A stretch of 63,373 bases of DNA from an uncultured virus (IMG/VR IMGVR_UViG_3300031521_000018) (taxonomy: Duplodnaviria; Heunggongvirae; Uroviricota; Caudoviricetes). The translations under genes were made by a program, and so were the position numbers. The stretch is from positions 62,001-125,373 of IMG/VR virus record IMGVR_UViG_3300031521_000018; one strand, written 5' to 3'. Below are positions 49,108 to 59,480 of the stretch, piece after piece (positions within the stretch are counted from its first letter, which is position 1; every line of letters starts with the position of its first letter). Under the pieces are notes generated by a model that did not search any database, was not told the origin of the DNA, and worked only from the letters and a program-made list of their open reading frames with translations.

Positions 49108-49983
49108 ATGATTGATACCGATAATAAAATAGAAAATTTAAGGAGTTTATTTAAACATTTATTTGAATTTTGTGATAATGAGTGGGTTTCTGTAAAAGAT
49201 CATCCTTTAACACCAATCTATAATATGTTTGGATTGGATAAATCATGGAGTGAGGCTATAATGTTTGTTTTGAGTAATTGTAATGAGTTCGCAATATCTA
49301 ATGATGGTGGAAATATAAGATATAGGTCTAAAACCTCTGTAACTCCAAATTATACAAAATTAATTGGTGATGTGGTTAAGTATTTCGAACCTGTTGCTAT
49401 TGATACAAAGCTTGTTAAATACGAAGTTCGTAAATATTATAATAAAACCGACACCGTGAATAATAAATTAAATAGTTCACCACCAATGATATTCCTTAAC
49501 GAAAATGATAAGCAACAAGTTTTTAGAGTAAAACGCAAATATGTACATAAGGTAAAGCCACTTGATTTAGATTCTATACATATATCAAGCAACACACAAC
49601 CTAAGGTATTCCTTGATTTAAATGAAAAATTCATACAACCTATTAAAGAAAAACGTAAATATGTACATAAGGTAAATACCTCTGAATTTAAAGACAATAT
49701 TCCACCTATGCATGGTAATGATACTGCATCCCCTAATGGAGAATCTAATACAAATATACCATATAAAACACATTTTAATGTGGATGATATTTGCTATACT
49801 GTTTATGATAATAAAATTATTGAAATGGAAATTGTTGGTGTCAATAAAAAGGGTAAAGATTATTTGCATAATCTTTATAACGATGAATACAAAATCGATG
49901 TGTTTGATATGTTGGTAACTGATTTACATGATTCCCCTGAATCTTTATGTGCAAAATTGTTACAAAATTATAAAAACAAATGA
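49108..49983 (+). CDS. Hypothetical protein with duplicated KRKYVHKV motif
   Basis: 291-aa ORF. Confidence 0.65.
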   Translation: MIDTDNKIENLRSLFKHLFEFCDNEWVSVKDHPLTPIYNMFGLDKSWSEAIMFVLSNCNEFAISNDGGNIRYRSKTSVTPNYTKLIGDVVKYFEPVAIDTKLVKYEVRKYYNKTDTVNNKLNSSPPMIFLNENDKQQVFRVKRKYVHKVKPLDLDSIHISSNTQPKVFLDLNEKFIQPIKEKRKYVHKVNTSEFKDNIPPMHGNDTASPNGESNTNIPYKTHFNVDDICYTVYDNKIIEMEIVGVNKKGKDYLHNLYNDEYKIDVFDMLVTDLHDSPESLCAKLLQNYKNK

Positions 49984-50453
49984 AGAAAATATATCAAACA
50001 ATTTTTAAGAAGGGAAATGGTAATTGCTTACAAGCGGCTGCAGCAAGTTTGCTAGAAATTGATTTAGAGCTAGTACCACATTTCATATCTCATGGTGCTG
50101 AATGGTACGAGGTTCTTTTTAAGTTTATAATGGATTCAGGTTATGAATTTAAAGGAACTATATATAATCCAAGACAAATAGGCTGCTATGGCGGTGATTC
50201 AATGCCTACAATAGTAGATAATAAAGGTGTTAGCGGATTGTTCATAGGTATTGTTTACTCCCCAAGTTCTTTTACGGCTGATGATTTAGCTAAATCATCA
50301 GCCTGTACTCATGCTGTGATTATAGATAAAGAATTCAGGATAGTTCATGACCCAAATCCTAATAATATAGACATATTTGATTATCCATTATTTGATCAAT
50401 TGGATTATCACGGAATATTAGAATTTTACTTAATAGAAAAATCCGAAAAATGA
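49980..50453 (+). CDS. Putative papain-fold (C39-like) peptidase
   Basis: 'GNCLQAA.ASLL', 'THAVI', 'VHDP' give a Cys-His-Asp triad. Confidence 0.55.
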   Translation: MKKIYQTIFKKGNGNCLQAAAASLLEIDLELVPHFISHGAEWYEVLFKFIMDSGYEFKGTIYNPRQIGCYGGDSMPTIVDNKGVSGLFIGIVYSPSSFTADDLAKSSACTHAVIIDKEFRIVHDPNPNNIDIFDYPLFDQLDYHGILEFYLIEKSEK

Positions 50454-51080
50454 AAGAATTATTAAAAAAACAAATTAAGCAAGGTGTATTAATGGCAATT
50501 GTATGTTGGATTGGTGTACTTATTATGGTGGTTACTGATCATGTTGATGGTTGTGTAATGCTTGCTACAGGTGGTATAATATTTCCTTTATGTACGCTTG
50601 CATTATACATCAAACTCAAGCGTAATTATTAATGAATTATGCAGTTTGGTATAACAACAGGTCATAAATACAAAACTAAAGGTGGTTGGACTGCTTTCAT
50701 AATGACTTTCATAGATGAAAATCCAATAGGATATCTAATTGATTGCTTAGGTCATAAAGAACCATTTACATGTGCATGGAACGTGGATACAGGTAAATGT
50801 ATAAAACATGGGGATTTTACCGCCAAGGAAATAGTTACCCCATATGACATAATAGGTGAATGTACAGATGGCAAAGGTAGATGTAATTAAAGGTATCAAG
50901 GATGTGTATAAGCCTTTAGAGGATGAAATTTCTAGACGTGAGCTGATTTATAGTCAAAGGTCTAATAAATGGCAAAACTCAGATAAGGGAGATGATTATT
51001 GGAGTAACATTTATTATCTTAAAGATATATTACAAGACTTGAGAACTTTTATGGGTAATTTAATAATAATGGATAAATGA
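50450..51080 (+). other. Three small hypothetical CDSs (50450-50632 two-TM; 50639-50890; 50856-51080)
   Basis: ORF track. Confidence 0.55.
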
Positions 51081-51083
51081 CTT

Positions 51084-51503
51084 ATGGATACAGTAATACC
51101 TAAACCTATACACGCTAAACCAAGTTTGTTTGCTGTTTACTTTGAACCTTTAAAGGAGATAGCTATAAGATATGGTTATAATTTAGTTATTCATGGTTCA
51201 TTGAATCGGGATATGGACTTGATTGCAATACCTTGGCAAGAGGAAATAGATTCCCATTTGCTAATGATTGGGGAAATGGCTAAATTTATGGGTGGTGAAA
51301 TAGCTTTATTCAATGAGTCAAGGCATACAGATGGCACAATTGTTGGTGATGTATTCACCCATAAGCCTCATGGTCGTATATGTTATGTAATCAATATTTT
51401 TAGAGGTGGGTACTTAAGCGGTGGTGGGTTTGCTGATATGACATATTTTAAAGACCCCCAATATTACCTCGACATTTCAGTAATACCCCCAATCAATATT
51501 TAA
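51084..51503 (+). CDS. Minimal nucleotidyltransferase-like protein
   Basis: 'HGSLNRDMDL' matches the GS-x-D-x-D signature. Confidence 0.5.
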   Translation: MDTVIPKPIHAKPSLFAVYFEPLKEIAIRYGYNLVIHGSLNRDMDLIAIPWQEEIDSHLLMIGEMAKFMGGEIALFNESRHTDGTIVGDVFTHKPHGRICYVINIFRGGYLSGGGFADMTYFKDPQYYLDISVIPPINI

Positions 51504-51516
51504 ATTCATAAATGTT

Positions 51517-52798
51517 ATGGCAGACGGAGAAAATAAAGATATAACTAATGTTAGTACCGATGATTTTGTAGAGCTTTTGAAAATGGTCAGTGCAATATCA
51601 AGTACAGCAACTAAAACAGATATATTAAAGAGCATGTCTGATATAAATGCAAATGAATCAAGGCAAAAAAGAATATCAGAATTACTCAAGAAATATAATG
51701 TGGGGTGAATTTCAACAGTTCGTTTCAGAGCACATTAATAAAAATCATTAATTATAATGACAAGTAGATTATCAATTATTCCATTTATAAATTCCAAAGG
51801 TGAGGATAGATTTAAAGTAGTAGGACTCAATGGTAATACATTCATTGATGCATTTGGTCATGGTTATCATACAAACGACAGTGCATATAATGGAATACTT
51901 ATGTTTGTAAAATCTAAGAATTATAAGAAATCATGTCACAAAAAGTAGATGAATGGTATCCAAACGGCATAACTTGCTTACAGGTTTATAGTGAGCATGG
52001 TGAAACATTTTTTGGTACTATAGATGGTGTTGATATAGCTTGGGGTAGAGATGCCAAAAGTTGTAAGATAGCTTTACAGGAATATTATGATGATGTTTAT
52101 AATGCTTAAAAATAGGGGCTTAACTATGAATTTTGAAAGTAAAAGATTTACTACATGGGCTGATGAAACCTCATGGATAAAGGTGGATGTTGATAATAGA
52201 TTATCTTATATAGCTGGTGAATTTAATACTGAAACTTTGAAAAGATACCAAACTATTAAACTTTCTCACACTAAGTAAAATTATGAATGATAGAAGATTA
52301 TATAGGCAATATGCACAATTTAAGGGTAATAAAGCTAAGGAATTTGTTAGAATAGAATCACAAATGTACGATATAGATACACTTGTGACTAGGGATTATA
52401 ATGGTAAAGAAGAACGAACTATTATAAACTATAAGGAATTTGCCAATTGGATTATAAGGAGCTTACCTAATAACTTTTAATATGAAATGTATAACTTTTG
52501 ATAAGAAAGCACAAGATTCATTACCTCAGAACATTAAAGACAAAATGAAAGCTGATAGAGATAAGGCTAGACTTAAAAGGGATAATGTATGAAATGGAAT
52601 AGAATTGGCGATGGTGTATTACCTGATGAAAAGCATGATAATAAAGAAATACTTATAAAGATTGATCATAATTGTGGTTATATGGTTGTAAGATGGAATA
52701 ACACAATTAAGAGATTTATACCTCTAACATTTTATAACCAAGAAATAGCTATAAATCTAATCACAGGTGCATCTGATTGGTGCGAAATAAATGCTTAA
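51517..52798 (+). other. Run of very small hypothetical CDSs
   Basis: ORF track (51517, 51757, 52087, 52283, 52589) plus shorter gap-filling ORFs. Confidence 0.5.
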
Positions 52799-52819
52799 TA
52801 TAAAAACTAATGAATCATA

Positions 52820-53170
52820 ATGGCTTATATGTTGCCAAATCTGATAGACACGGATTTGGCTGTTTTTCAAGTAAGAAAAATTAAAGTAGGTTCTAAAATA
52901 GTATGTAACGTTATAATAATTTCCAAATCTTACAACAATAATCAATATTTATTCCCTTGGAATTCCTCACTTAATCAGGTAAGTATAGCATTATCAGAAC
53001 TTTCATATTGTAATTCGTCATTTATAAGTCCTAATTTAAAAATACTCTCCATAGATAGGGATAAATTAACAATGACTTTTAAATGTATAAAAAATATTGA
53101 ATGTAAGTTCATCCCCACATTCAATATATTAAACGGTTTCAATGGTTTAATAAATCAAAAAAAATACTAA
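52820..53170 (+). CDS. Degenerate SET-domain-like protein (paralog 1)
   Basis: 'QYLFPWNS.LNQVSI.LSEL.YCN.S..PN' shared with 56352. Confidence 0.5.
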   Translation: MAYMLPNLIDTDLAVFQVRKIKVGSKIVCNVIIISKSYNNNQYLFPWNSSLNQVSIALSELSYCNSSFISPNLKILSIDRDKLTMTFKCIKNIECKFIPTFNILNGFNGLINQKKY

Positions 53171-53173
53171 GTT

Positions 53174-53404
53174 ATGCTTGAATCTAAAACAAAGACAATA
53201 ACTAAATTTATATTGATTATAAGTGGGGTAGAAGTACCTTTTACCACTAAGGAATTATGCATCAGAGTAGGGATAATGGCATATAAAATAAACTCACAAG
53301 TAAAAATGATAGAAAGAATAACTATGTGGAATCTATCGGCTAAAGGTTCATCAATAATTATGGCAGATGATTTTGACAGGACAATACTTTTATATACTAT
53401 TTGA
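53174..53404 (+). CDS. Hypothetical protein
   Basis: 76-aa ORF. Confidence 0.5.
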   Translation: MLESKTKTITKFILIISGVEVPFTTKELCIRVGIMAYKINSQVKMIERITMWNLSAKGSSIIMADDFDRTILLYTI

Positions 53405-53731
53405 ACTGACATATATCATAATTAAGTTAAAAGATGTTAAAGATATTCAGACTTGGTATTGTTATCTCTGTATTAATAATTTTCAACTGACATAATAGTA
53501 TATAATATATATCCCCCATATTGTCCATATATTTGACCTCTCTTACTATCTCTTTGAAACTTTTTGCCATATTCCTTGAACTCATTTCCTATCTCACTTA
53601 CTGACATAACTTTAAAACTTTGAATTCAAGGGAAAGCCTCTGAGATATGTCTGATATTTCTCGGCAAATTTGGAATATTTCTGAATATCTCTTGGATACC
53701 TTTGGTGGTTTTCAAATATAAATGATAAACT

Positions 53732-53890
53732 GATAATTTGCCGAGAAATGGTAAACACTAACCTAGTAACGAAAGTGAATGGAATGGTCTTAATGAATTG
53801 ACATAGGCTGCAGGATGTACCTAATAAGTCGGAGGATATGGTTACTGTGGAGGCAAAAGCCCCTTGTAGGCTCAAGTCCTACAATTATCA
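53732..53890 (+). ncRNA. tRNA-like RNA with a long insertion in place of the anticodon loop
   Basis: Acceptor GATAATT/AATTATC-A, T-arm GTAGG-CTCAAGT-CCTAC, variable-arm hairpin GGC-AAAA-GCC, D-like TTGCC..GGTAA. Confidence 0.5.
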
Positions 53891-53912
53891 CATTTAAAAA
53901 ATATTTGAGTAT

Positions 53913-54617
53913 ATGGATAAAATGATTTTAGGTGATTGTATAACCGAAATGAAATTAATTAAAGACCACAGCGTAAATCTCGTACTTACTGACCCACCTT
54001 ATGTTATATCTCGGAAAAATAACTTTAAAACCATGGGTAGGTCGGGAATAGATTTTGGAGATTGGGATAAGGATTTTGATATGTTTTCATACATCGATGA
54101 AATACCTAGAATACTATCCAAGAATGGTTCTGTGATTATTTTTAATGATTGGAAAAACATCGGAGAGATTGCGAAATATTGCGAAAGTGTCGGATTAGTT
54201 ATCAAAGACATGTTGAGATGGAAGAAAACTAATCCAATGCCTAGAAACAGAAATCGAAGATATATAACAGATTATGAGGTTGCTATTTGGTGTACCAATA
54301 AAAAGGCTAAATGGGTTTTCAATAGTCAAAGTGAAAAATATCAAATACCTGAATTCAAAGGTGGACTTACCAAGAAAAGTGAAAAAGTAGGTCATATGAC
54401 ACAAAAACCCATTTGGCTAATCAAAGATATACTTTCAATTCACTCAGACGAGGGAGATGTAATTCTAGATATGTTTGCAGGTAGTGGTACAACAGGTGTA
54501 GCATGTTTGGAAATGGGAAGACATTTCATAATGATTGAAAAAGATGAATCAATGTTTACACTAATGAAACAGAGGATTGAGGAAAAACAGTTAGAAAAAT
54601 CACTTAAAGTCTACTAA
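53913..54617 (+). CDS. DNA N4-C/N6-A methyltransferase (beta class), no cognate restriction enzyme nearby
   Basis: 'TDPPY', 'H.TQKP', 'LDMFAGSGTT'. Confidence 0.92.
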   Translation: MDKMILGDCITEMKLIKDHSVNLVLTDPPYVISRKNNFKTMGRSGIDFGDWDKDFDMFSYIDEIPRILSKNGSVIIFNDWKNIGEIAKYCESVGLVIKDMLRWKKTNPMPRNRNRRYITDYEVAIWCTNKKAKWVFNSQSEKYQIPEFKGGLTKKSEKVGHMTQKPIWLIKDILSIHSDEGDVILDMFAGSGTTGVACLEMGRHFIMIEKDESMFTLMKQRIEEKQLEKSLKVY

Positions 54618-54618
54618 T

Positions 54619-56333
54619 ATGATAACAGTAATCAGGAAAGATTATGAATCCATGAAAAGGAATTACGAAGCCTTTAAAAGTGCTGAAAAAATATTTAATA
54701 AACGTAAATCAAAGTTAAGTGAATCATTTCAACTTATATTACGTGATTGTGCTATCAGTAAAGACTATAAAAAGTTTAATATGGTATCCAAAGATTATAT
54801 CGAAATACTTGGAGAATCCTACTCCATTTCCATAAATTCGATAGCAATTTTATATGGCATTGAATCCATGGTAAATTTATATATTACCAAAACACATTAA
54901 TATATATGAATGCACATTACAGAAATTACCAAATATTAGTTAATAATAAAACAATGCCTTTCTTTTTATCAGTAGAGGCGATAAGCACATATCATATTTC
55001 TGAAACAAAATCAAATTATATTTCTGAGCAAATAAAGTTAGGCGTAATTAAAGAGGATGATAATGTTGAATTTATATTTAAATACTGTAATTCTTAAATT
55101 TTTATAATAGAAATAAGCAAAGACAACATTAATGAGGTTTATCAACCTCTATCAACCATTTTAAGAAATTGGGCTGTGGTTGAAAGTAGAATGAGAACGT
55201 TTGAAAACAATGCTAATTTATTAACTTTCCAACGTATATTCAAAGGAGATGCTGAAACATTATATATAAATTTCAGGCAAAGATGTAGTGGTAGATTCTT
55301 GGAACTCAAAACATTCTTAACCCAAGAACAGATAGATTTACTTATATTAAACATTTATGTGAATGAGGACATGTATTACAAATAAAAAATATCAAAAATA
55401 TGTATAAAACATCTTATAGCTCACAGCTGAATAATTGGAAAATAACTCTTAAATTGGATATACATGAACAAAATATAGTCAATGATACCATAGAGCTTAA
55501 AGTTAGTATAATTGGCTGTGATTTCGAGGATAAATTAGCTATTTTGAACCTTAAAACAAGGGAACTGATATGCGAAGAAGTATTCTCAATGAAACCTTAT
55601 ATAGATAATAAACCTTTCAAGCAAACACGTAAATTTATAGTACCTATGGAAACTGTTAAACATATTAAATCATATTTATACTAATTATGAATATAACAGA
55701 ACTAATTGCATTAAAGGTATCCAAGCTATCTGATATCTCGGAAATAGACAAGCTTATTGAAATTGAGGAAAACAGAGAATACGATGAATATATTGGTAAA
55801 TTCTATCAAATATCATCAACATCTATCACAAGAGTTGATAAGATTGATTATGTGGATGATTATAATATAAATTTCACAGGTTTACATGTGATGGGTGGAG
55901 CAGAATATACAGATGAATTTAGAATACATATTTCAGATAGCAATCATTTAAGTAGAAATGGCTCAAATCACGAAATCACTAAAGAACAGTTTATAAGTAT
56001 AATGGAAAAATGGAAATTGGAACACACGAAATATATAATGGCTAAGTTGGACAAATAAATATGGCTGAAAAATATATTATCAAATGTACAAACAATTTTT
56101 ACGTTGTAAAATACATATCATATACAAAAATTTACAAAGGCGTTATTAAATCTTGGAAATATGCCGATGAATTTAGTCCTGAGCTTGCACATAAATTTAA
56201 TTTCAAACAGGCTGCGGAAAATATAACCAAACAATTGAACCTTATAAAGCTTGGCGTTTGTACTTATCAGGTTGTACCATATCTTAAACCTCGATATTAT
56301 ACAAAGAAACAAATTGATAATCTTTGCTACTGA
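54619..56333 (+). other. Run of small hypothetical CDSs (54619, 54906, 55176, 55400, 55687, 56061)
   Basis: ORF track; packed plus-strand genes. Confidence 0.55.
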
Positions 56334-56351
56334 TATATAAAAATATTTAAA

Positions 56352-56609
56352 ATGTTATATATAAAAGAATCTAATATACATGGATTTGGATGCTTTTCTA
56401 ATGAATCTCATGATAAAGGTCACTTGATTACATGTAATGTTATTGTTATTCCTAAAGATAGCAATAATCATCAGTATACGTTTCCTTGGAATTCAGCACT
56501 TAATCAAGTCAGTATAGTATTATCAGAACTTACATATTGTAATGCCTCAAATGACCCAAATCTTGAAATATTATATATTGACAAAGATAAGTTAACAACA
56601 ACATTTTAA
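56352..56609 (+). CDS. Truncated SET-domain-like protein (paralog 2)
   Basis: 'KES.IHGFGCF' SET N-motif and 'YCNAS.DPN' (NHS-like); lacks the C-terminal ELxxDY. Confidence 0.55.
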   Translation: MLYIKESNIHGFGCFSNESHDKGHLITCNVIVIPKDSNNHQYTFPWNSALNQVSIVLSELTYCNASNDPNLEILYIDKDKLTTTF

Positions 56610-56624
56610 TAAAATGTAGAAACT

Positions 56625-56978
56625 ATGGCAACTCAAAGCAACACATTTGTAAGGAAATTTGGTAAAATGGCTATTGTTATAACCGTTACCGATTGGAATG
56701 ACTTCAAGGAATTGGAAAAATATTCTGAGAATGAAGACCCTGATTTTTTAATTTCTTCAATGACCCAAAATAGCATATATAGTAATGGTCAACCATCCAT
56801 GCAACATAACCTGTTCACAGCAGAGGATATAACTGAGCAAACTAAAGGTCAAGGGTTGTCTGCCATACTTACAGGAGATTTGGTTGGTGGTTCAAAATAC
56901 GATGGTGGATTTTGGTCGTATAAAAAATGTGGATTAACATACTCAGAAGAAGTTTCCCAACCAAAAATTACCGAATAA
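56625..56978 (+). CDS. Hypothetical protein
   Basis: 117-aa ORF. Confidence 0.6.
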   Translation: MATQSNTFVRKFGKMAIVITVTDWNDFKELEKYSENEDPDFLISSMTQNSIYSNGQPSMQHNLFTAEDITEQTKGQGLSAILTGDLVGGSKYDGGFWSYKKCGLTYSEEVSQPKITE

Positions 56979-57025
56979 TACCCCACCTTTGAAACCTCTT
57001 TGTATATTAAATAATTAAAAACAAA

Positions 57026-57376
57026 ATGTATAACGCACCTGAGGACTTGGAAACCAATAGAATATATGAATCGGCTAAGCTGTCTAATGAATCTCAGAAA
57101 GTTGTGGAATTTCTGAGTACAGCTAATATGGATGAAATATTTGAATTCTATATTAGCTGTATGAACATAGACCATGTTGATTTTGTAATCAAGGGTCATT
57201 ATGGGCTTGGTCAAATTTCTACCATTTTAGATCACGTCAAAATTAGTAATGATTATTATTTTGGTGTCAACAACGATGGTATGCTTTTTGAATGTATGTT
57301 CAAAGTGAAAGGTGAGGAATTTGAACTATATAAAATAACAAACGAGGGTTATAGATCAATAGAGGGTTTATTTTAA
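57026..57376 (+). CDS. Hypothetical protein (late motif upstream)
   Basis: TAAATAAT at 57008. Confidence 0.6.
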   Translation: MYNAPEDLETNRIYESAKLSNESQKVVEFLSTANMDEIFEFYISCMNIDHVDFVIKGHYGLGQISTILDHVKISNDYYFGVNNDGMLFECMFKVKGEEFELYKITNEGYRSIEGLF

Positions 57377-57377
57377 T

Positions 57378-57653
57378 ATGAAAAAGCTTAAGATATTTGA
57401 ATCGGGTGAATACAATACAATGTTGTTATTCCTAAAATCTGATAATTATAAACAATTAACATCATTAAAGAGAAATATTGTTTATAGTTATATTATGATT
57501 GAATCAGGTAAAATGACATTAGCCGATGTAGCCAAGAAATTAGATATTTCACTAAATTTGGCACGTGGTTGGGTTGAACATGGTATTGGATTATACTCTG
57601 AAAATAAAATAAATCCTGATATAATGTTCAAACCTCAAAACGCATTTATGTAA
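57378..57653 (+). CDS. MKKLKIFE-leader protein with HTH-like domain
   Basis: Leader plus 'MTLADVAKKLDISLNLARGW'. Confidence 0.65.
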   Translation: MKKLKIFESGEYNTMLLFLKSDNYKQLTSLKRNIVYSYIMIESGKMTLADVAKKLDISLNLARGWVEHGIGLYSENKINPDIMFKPQNAFM

Positions 57654-57901
57654 TGGAAAATTCACAATTATTGTCATTTTTCGATACCAATGAATTCAGT
57701 AAGTTAACCACCTTGGAAAGGAATACAGTTTATTGTTACATAATGACTGAAACCAAGCAAATGACAACAGAACAATTAGTTGGTAAATTTAATCAGAGTC
57801 CAAAATTAATAGAAAGTTGGACATATTATGGCAAAGGTCTTTACACAGATTATAAAAATAATAAAATAAATATACAATATGAAAAAGTCAAAAGTTTTTG
57901 A
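57653..57901 (+). CDS. Paralog of the preceding HTH-like protein, without the leader
   Basis: 'LT.L.RN.VY.YIM.E...MT' shared. Confidence 0.6.
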   Translation: MENSQLLSFFDTNEFSKLTTLERNTVYCYIMTETKQMTTEQLVGKFNQSPKLIESWTYYGKGLYTDYKNNKINIQYEKVKSF

Positions 57902-58235
57902 AAGCAAAATAAATGAATCAGTTATTGGAGATAATTGGCGTATATCAAGTGGTACAAATGCTGCTTTATCAAGTTTTGGATTCAATTTATCCGATAACAT
58001 GAGAGAGGCAAAATTTCCTCAGTTGGAAAATACAGGTTCAAAGGATATGGCATCAGCTGTAGAAATAGTAATTACAGGTGCTGAGGATAATGGAAAATCT
58101 GTTGCCAAAGCACTTAATGATTCAGGTCTTGGATATAACAATTGGAAAGTTAAATCTGATGATGGAAAAAAGATTGAAATTACAAGTACTGATTCATCTG
58201 ATAATACTTACTCAATAATACTTACCAAGAGATAA
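57879..58235 (+). CDS. MKKSKVFE-leader protein
   Basis: Leader variant followed by INE. Confidence 0.6.
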   Translation: MKKSKVFESKINESVIGDNWRISSGTNAALSSFGFNLSDNMREAKFPQLENTGSKDMASAVEIVITGAEDNGKSVAKALNDSGLGYNNWKVKSDDGKKIEITSTDSSDNTYSIILTKR

Positions 58236-58353
58236 CCAATTAATTTTAAAGTTATGCCAACAAAACAAACAGAAAGTATAGGGTGTCTTTACACCTTGTT
58301 AAAAATAGGGTTGTGTATAGTAATAATTGTATATTTAATAATACTTTAAAATT

Positions 58354-58743
58354 ATGAGAACAAAATTTACACTTATTTTATCTTTGATGTTATTAACATG
58401 TATAACTGTGTTCAGTCAAAATAAAGAGCCTAAAAATGTTTTGACTATATTATATCAAGCAAGTGATTCAGCTAAGCATCAGACTAACAGAGAATTAAAG
58501 GCTAACCGTTATACCAAAATGTTTTATCAGGCTGATTCAGCGTTTAATTTAGTTGTATCTAAAGAAAAACAGATTGAACATTTTAAAAGTCAACTTAAGG
58601 TAGAGGACATTTATATTTATCATTTGGTTTATAATTCATGTAACATGTATCAGGATAGACTGCTATATTTACTTATAAATGACATGATTACAACAAGGGA
58701 ATATTTATTCTTAATTCAAGCAAGTGAGGAACTGTCATTATGA
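58354..58743 (+). CDS. Secreted hypothetical protein
   Basis: Signal peptide ending 'VFS-Q' (Gln after cleavage, typical of Bacteroidota). Confidence 0.6.
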   Translation: MRTKFTLILSLMLLTCITVFSQNKEPKNVLTILYQASDSAKHQTNRELKANRYTKMFYQADSAFNLVVSKEKQIEHFKSQLKVEDIYIYHLVYNSCNMYQDRLLYLLINDMITTREYLFLIQASEELSL

Positions 58744-58982
58744 AAAAATCTAACACACTGAATAAACCTGTTAATGAAAGTGTAAACATTTTCAAGGATT
58801 TCATAGATGGGATAAAATCGGATTTCAAGAATATAGGTACTGAATTTAAATCTGATTTAATAGCTATGTTTGATGAAACAAAGGAAACAGGTAAGCAAAT
58901 TCAAAAGGATGCACAGGAAATCATAGATGATGCATGCCTTAAATTGGAGGAACTTAAAAAAGGTTATCAGGATAAATTATAA
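58740..58982 (+). CDS. Hypothetical amphipathic helical protein
   Basis: 80-aa ORF. Confidence 0.55.
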   Translation: MKKSNTLNKPVNESVNIFKDFIDGIKSDFKNIGTEFKSDLIAMFDETKETGKQIQKDAQEIIDDACLKLEELKKGYQDKL

Positions 58983-58994
58983 ATAATTAAAAAT

Positions 58995-59234
58995 ATGAAA
59001 AAGTTAAAAATTTTTGAGGCTAATATACCATCAGGTACAGATAAAAATATCAATATCTTTGAGGATATGACTATGGAACAGGTTGAATCTGAACTTAAGG
59101 GTGAAGAACTTAAAACATTTAACTCATTGGTAAGATTAGGTGATAGCATTGATCTAGCATATAAAACAGTTATTACCGACAGAGAAAATGAGGCTAAAAG
59201 GAACTCACAAGATAAACTACCATATGAGGGTTAA
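58995..59234 (+). CDS. MKKLKIFE-leader protein
   Basis: Leader; late motif at 58980. Confidence 0.65.
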   Translation: MKKLKIFEANIPSGTDKNINIFEDMTMEQVESELKGEELKTFNSLVRLGDSIDLAYKTVITDRENEAKRNSQDKLPYEG

Positions 59235-59331
59235 AATAAATAACGTGCATAATAGTTTAGTTTATAAATATTAAGAATTGGAAATGTCAGTAAAGTAGTA
59301 ACCATTGCGATAATGTAAAAACTACAACATG

Positions 59332-59367
59332 AAAGAAGCCACCAAGTTAATCCTTGATGGTTTCTTT
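59332..59367. terminator. Hairpin between convergent transcription units
   Basis: aaagaagccaccaag...cttgatggtttcttt (imperfect). Confidence 0.5.
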
Positions 59368-59480
59368 GTATTAAAATGATTCTTTGTTATGCTGATACCA
59401 CAAAAATGGTCAAAGTGCAAGGAAAGTATATCGTCTGTAGCCGTGAATATATTCTTAACTTTTTCATGTGCTTTACCGTA

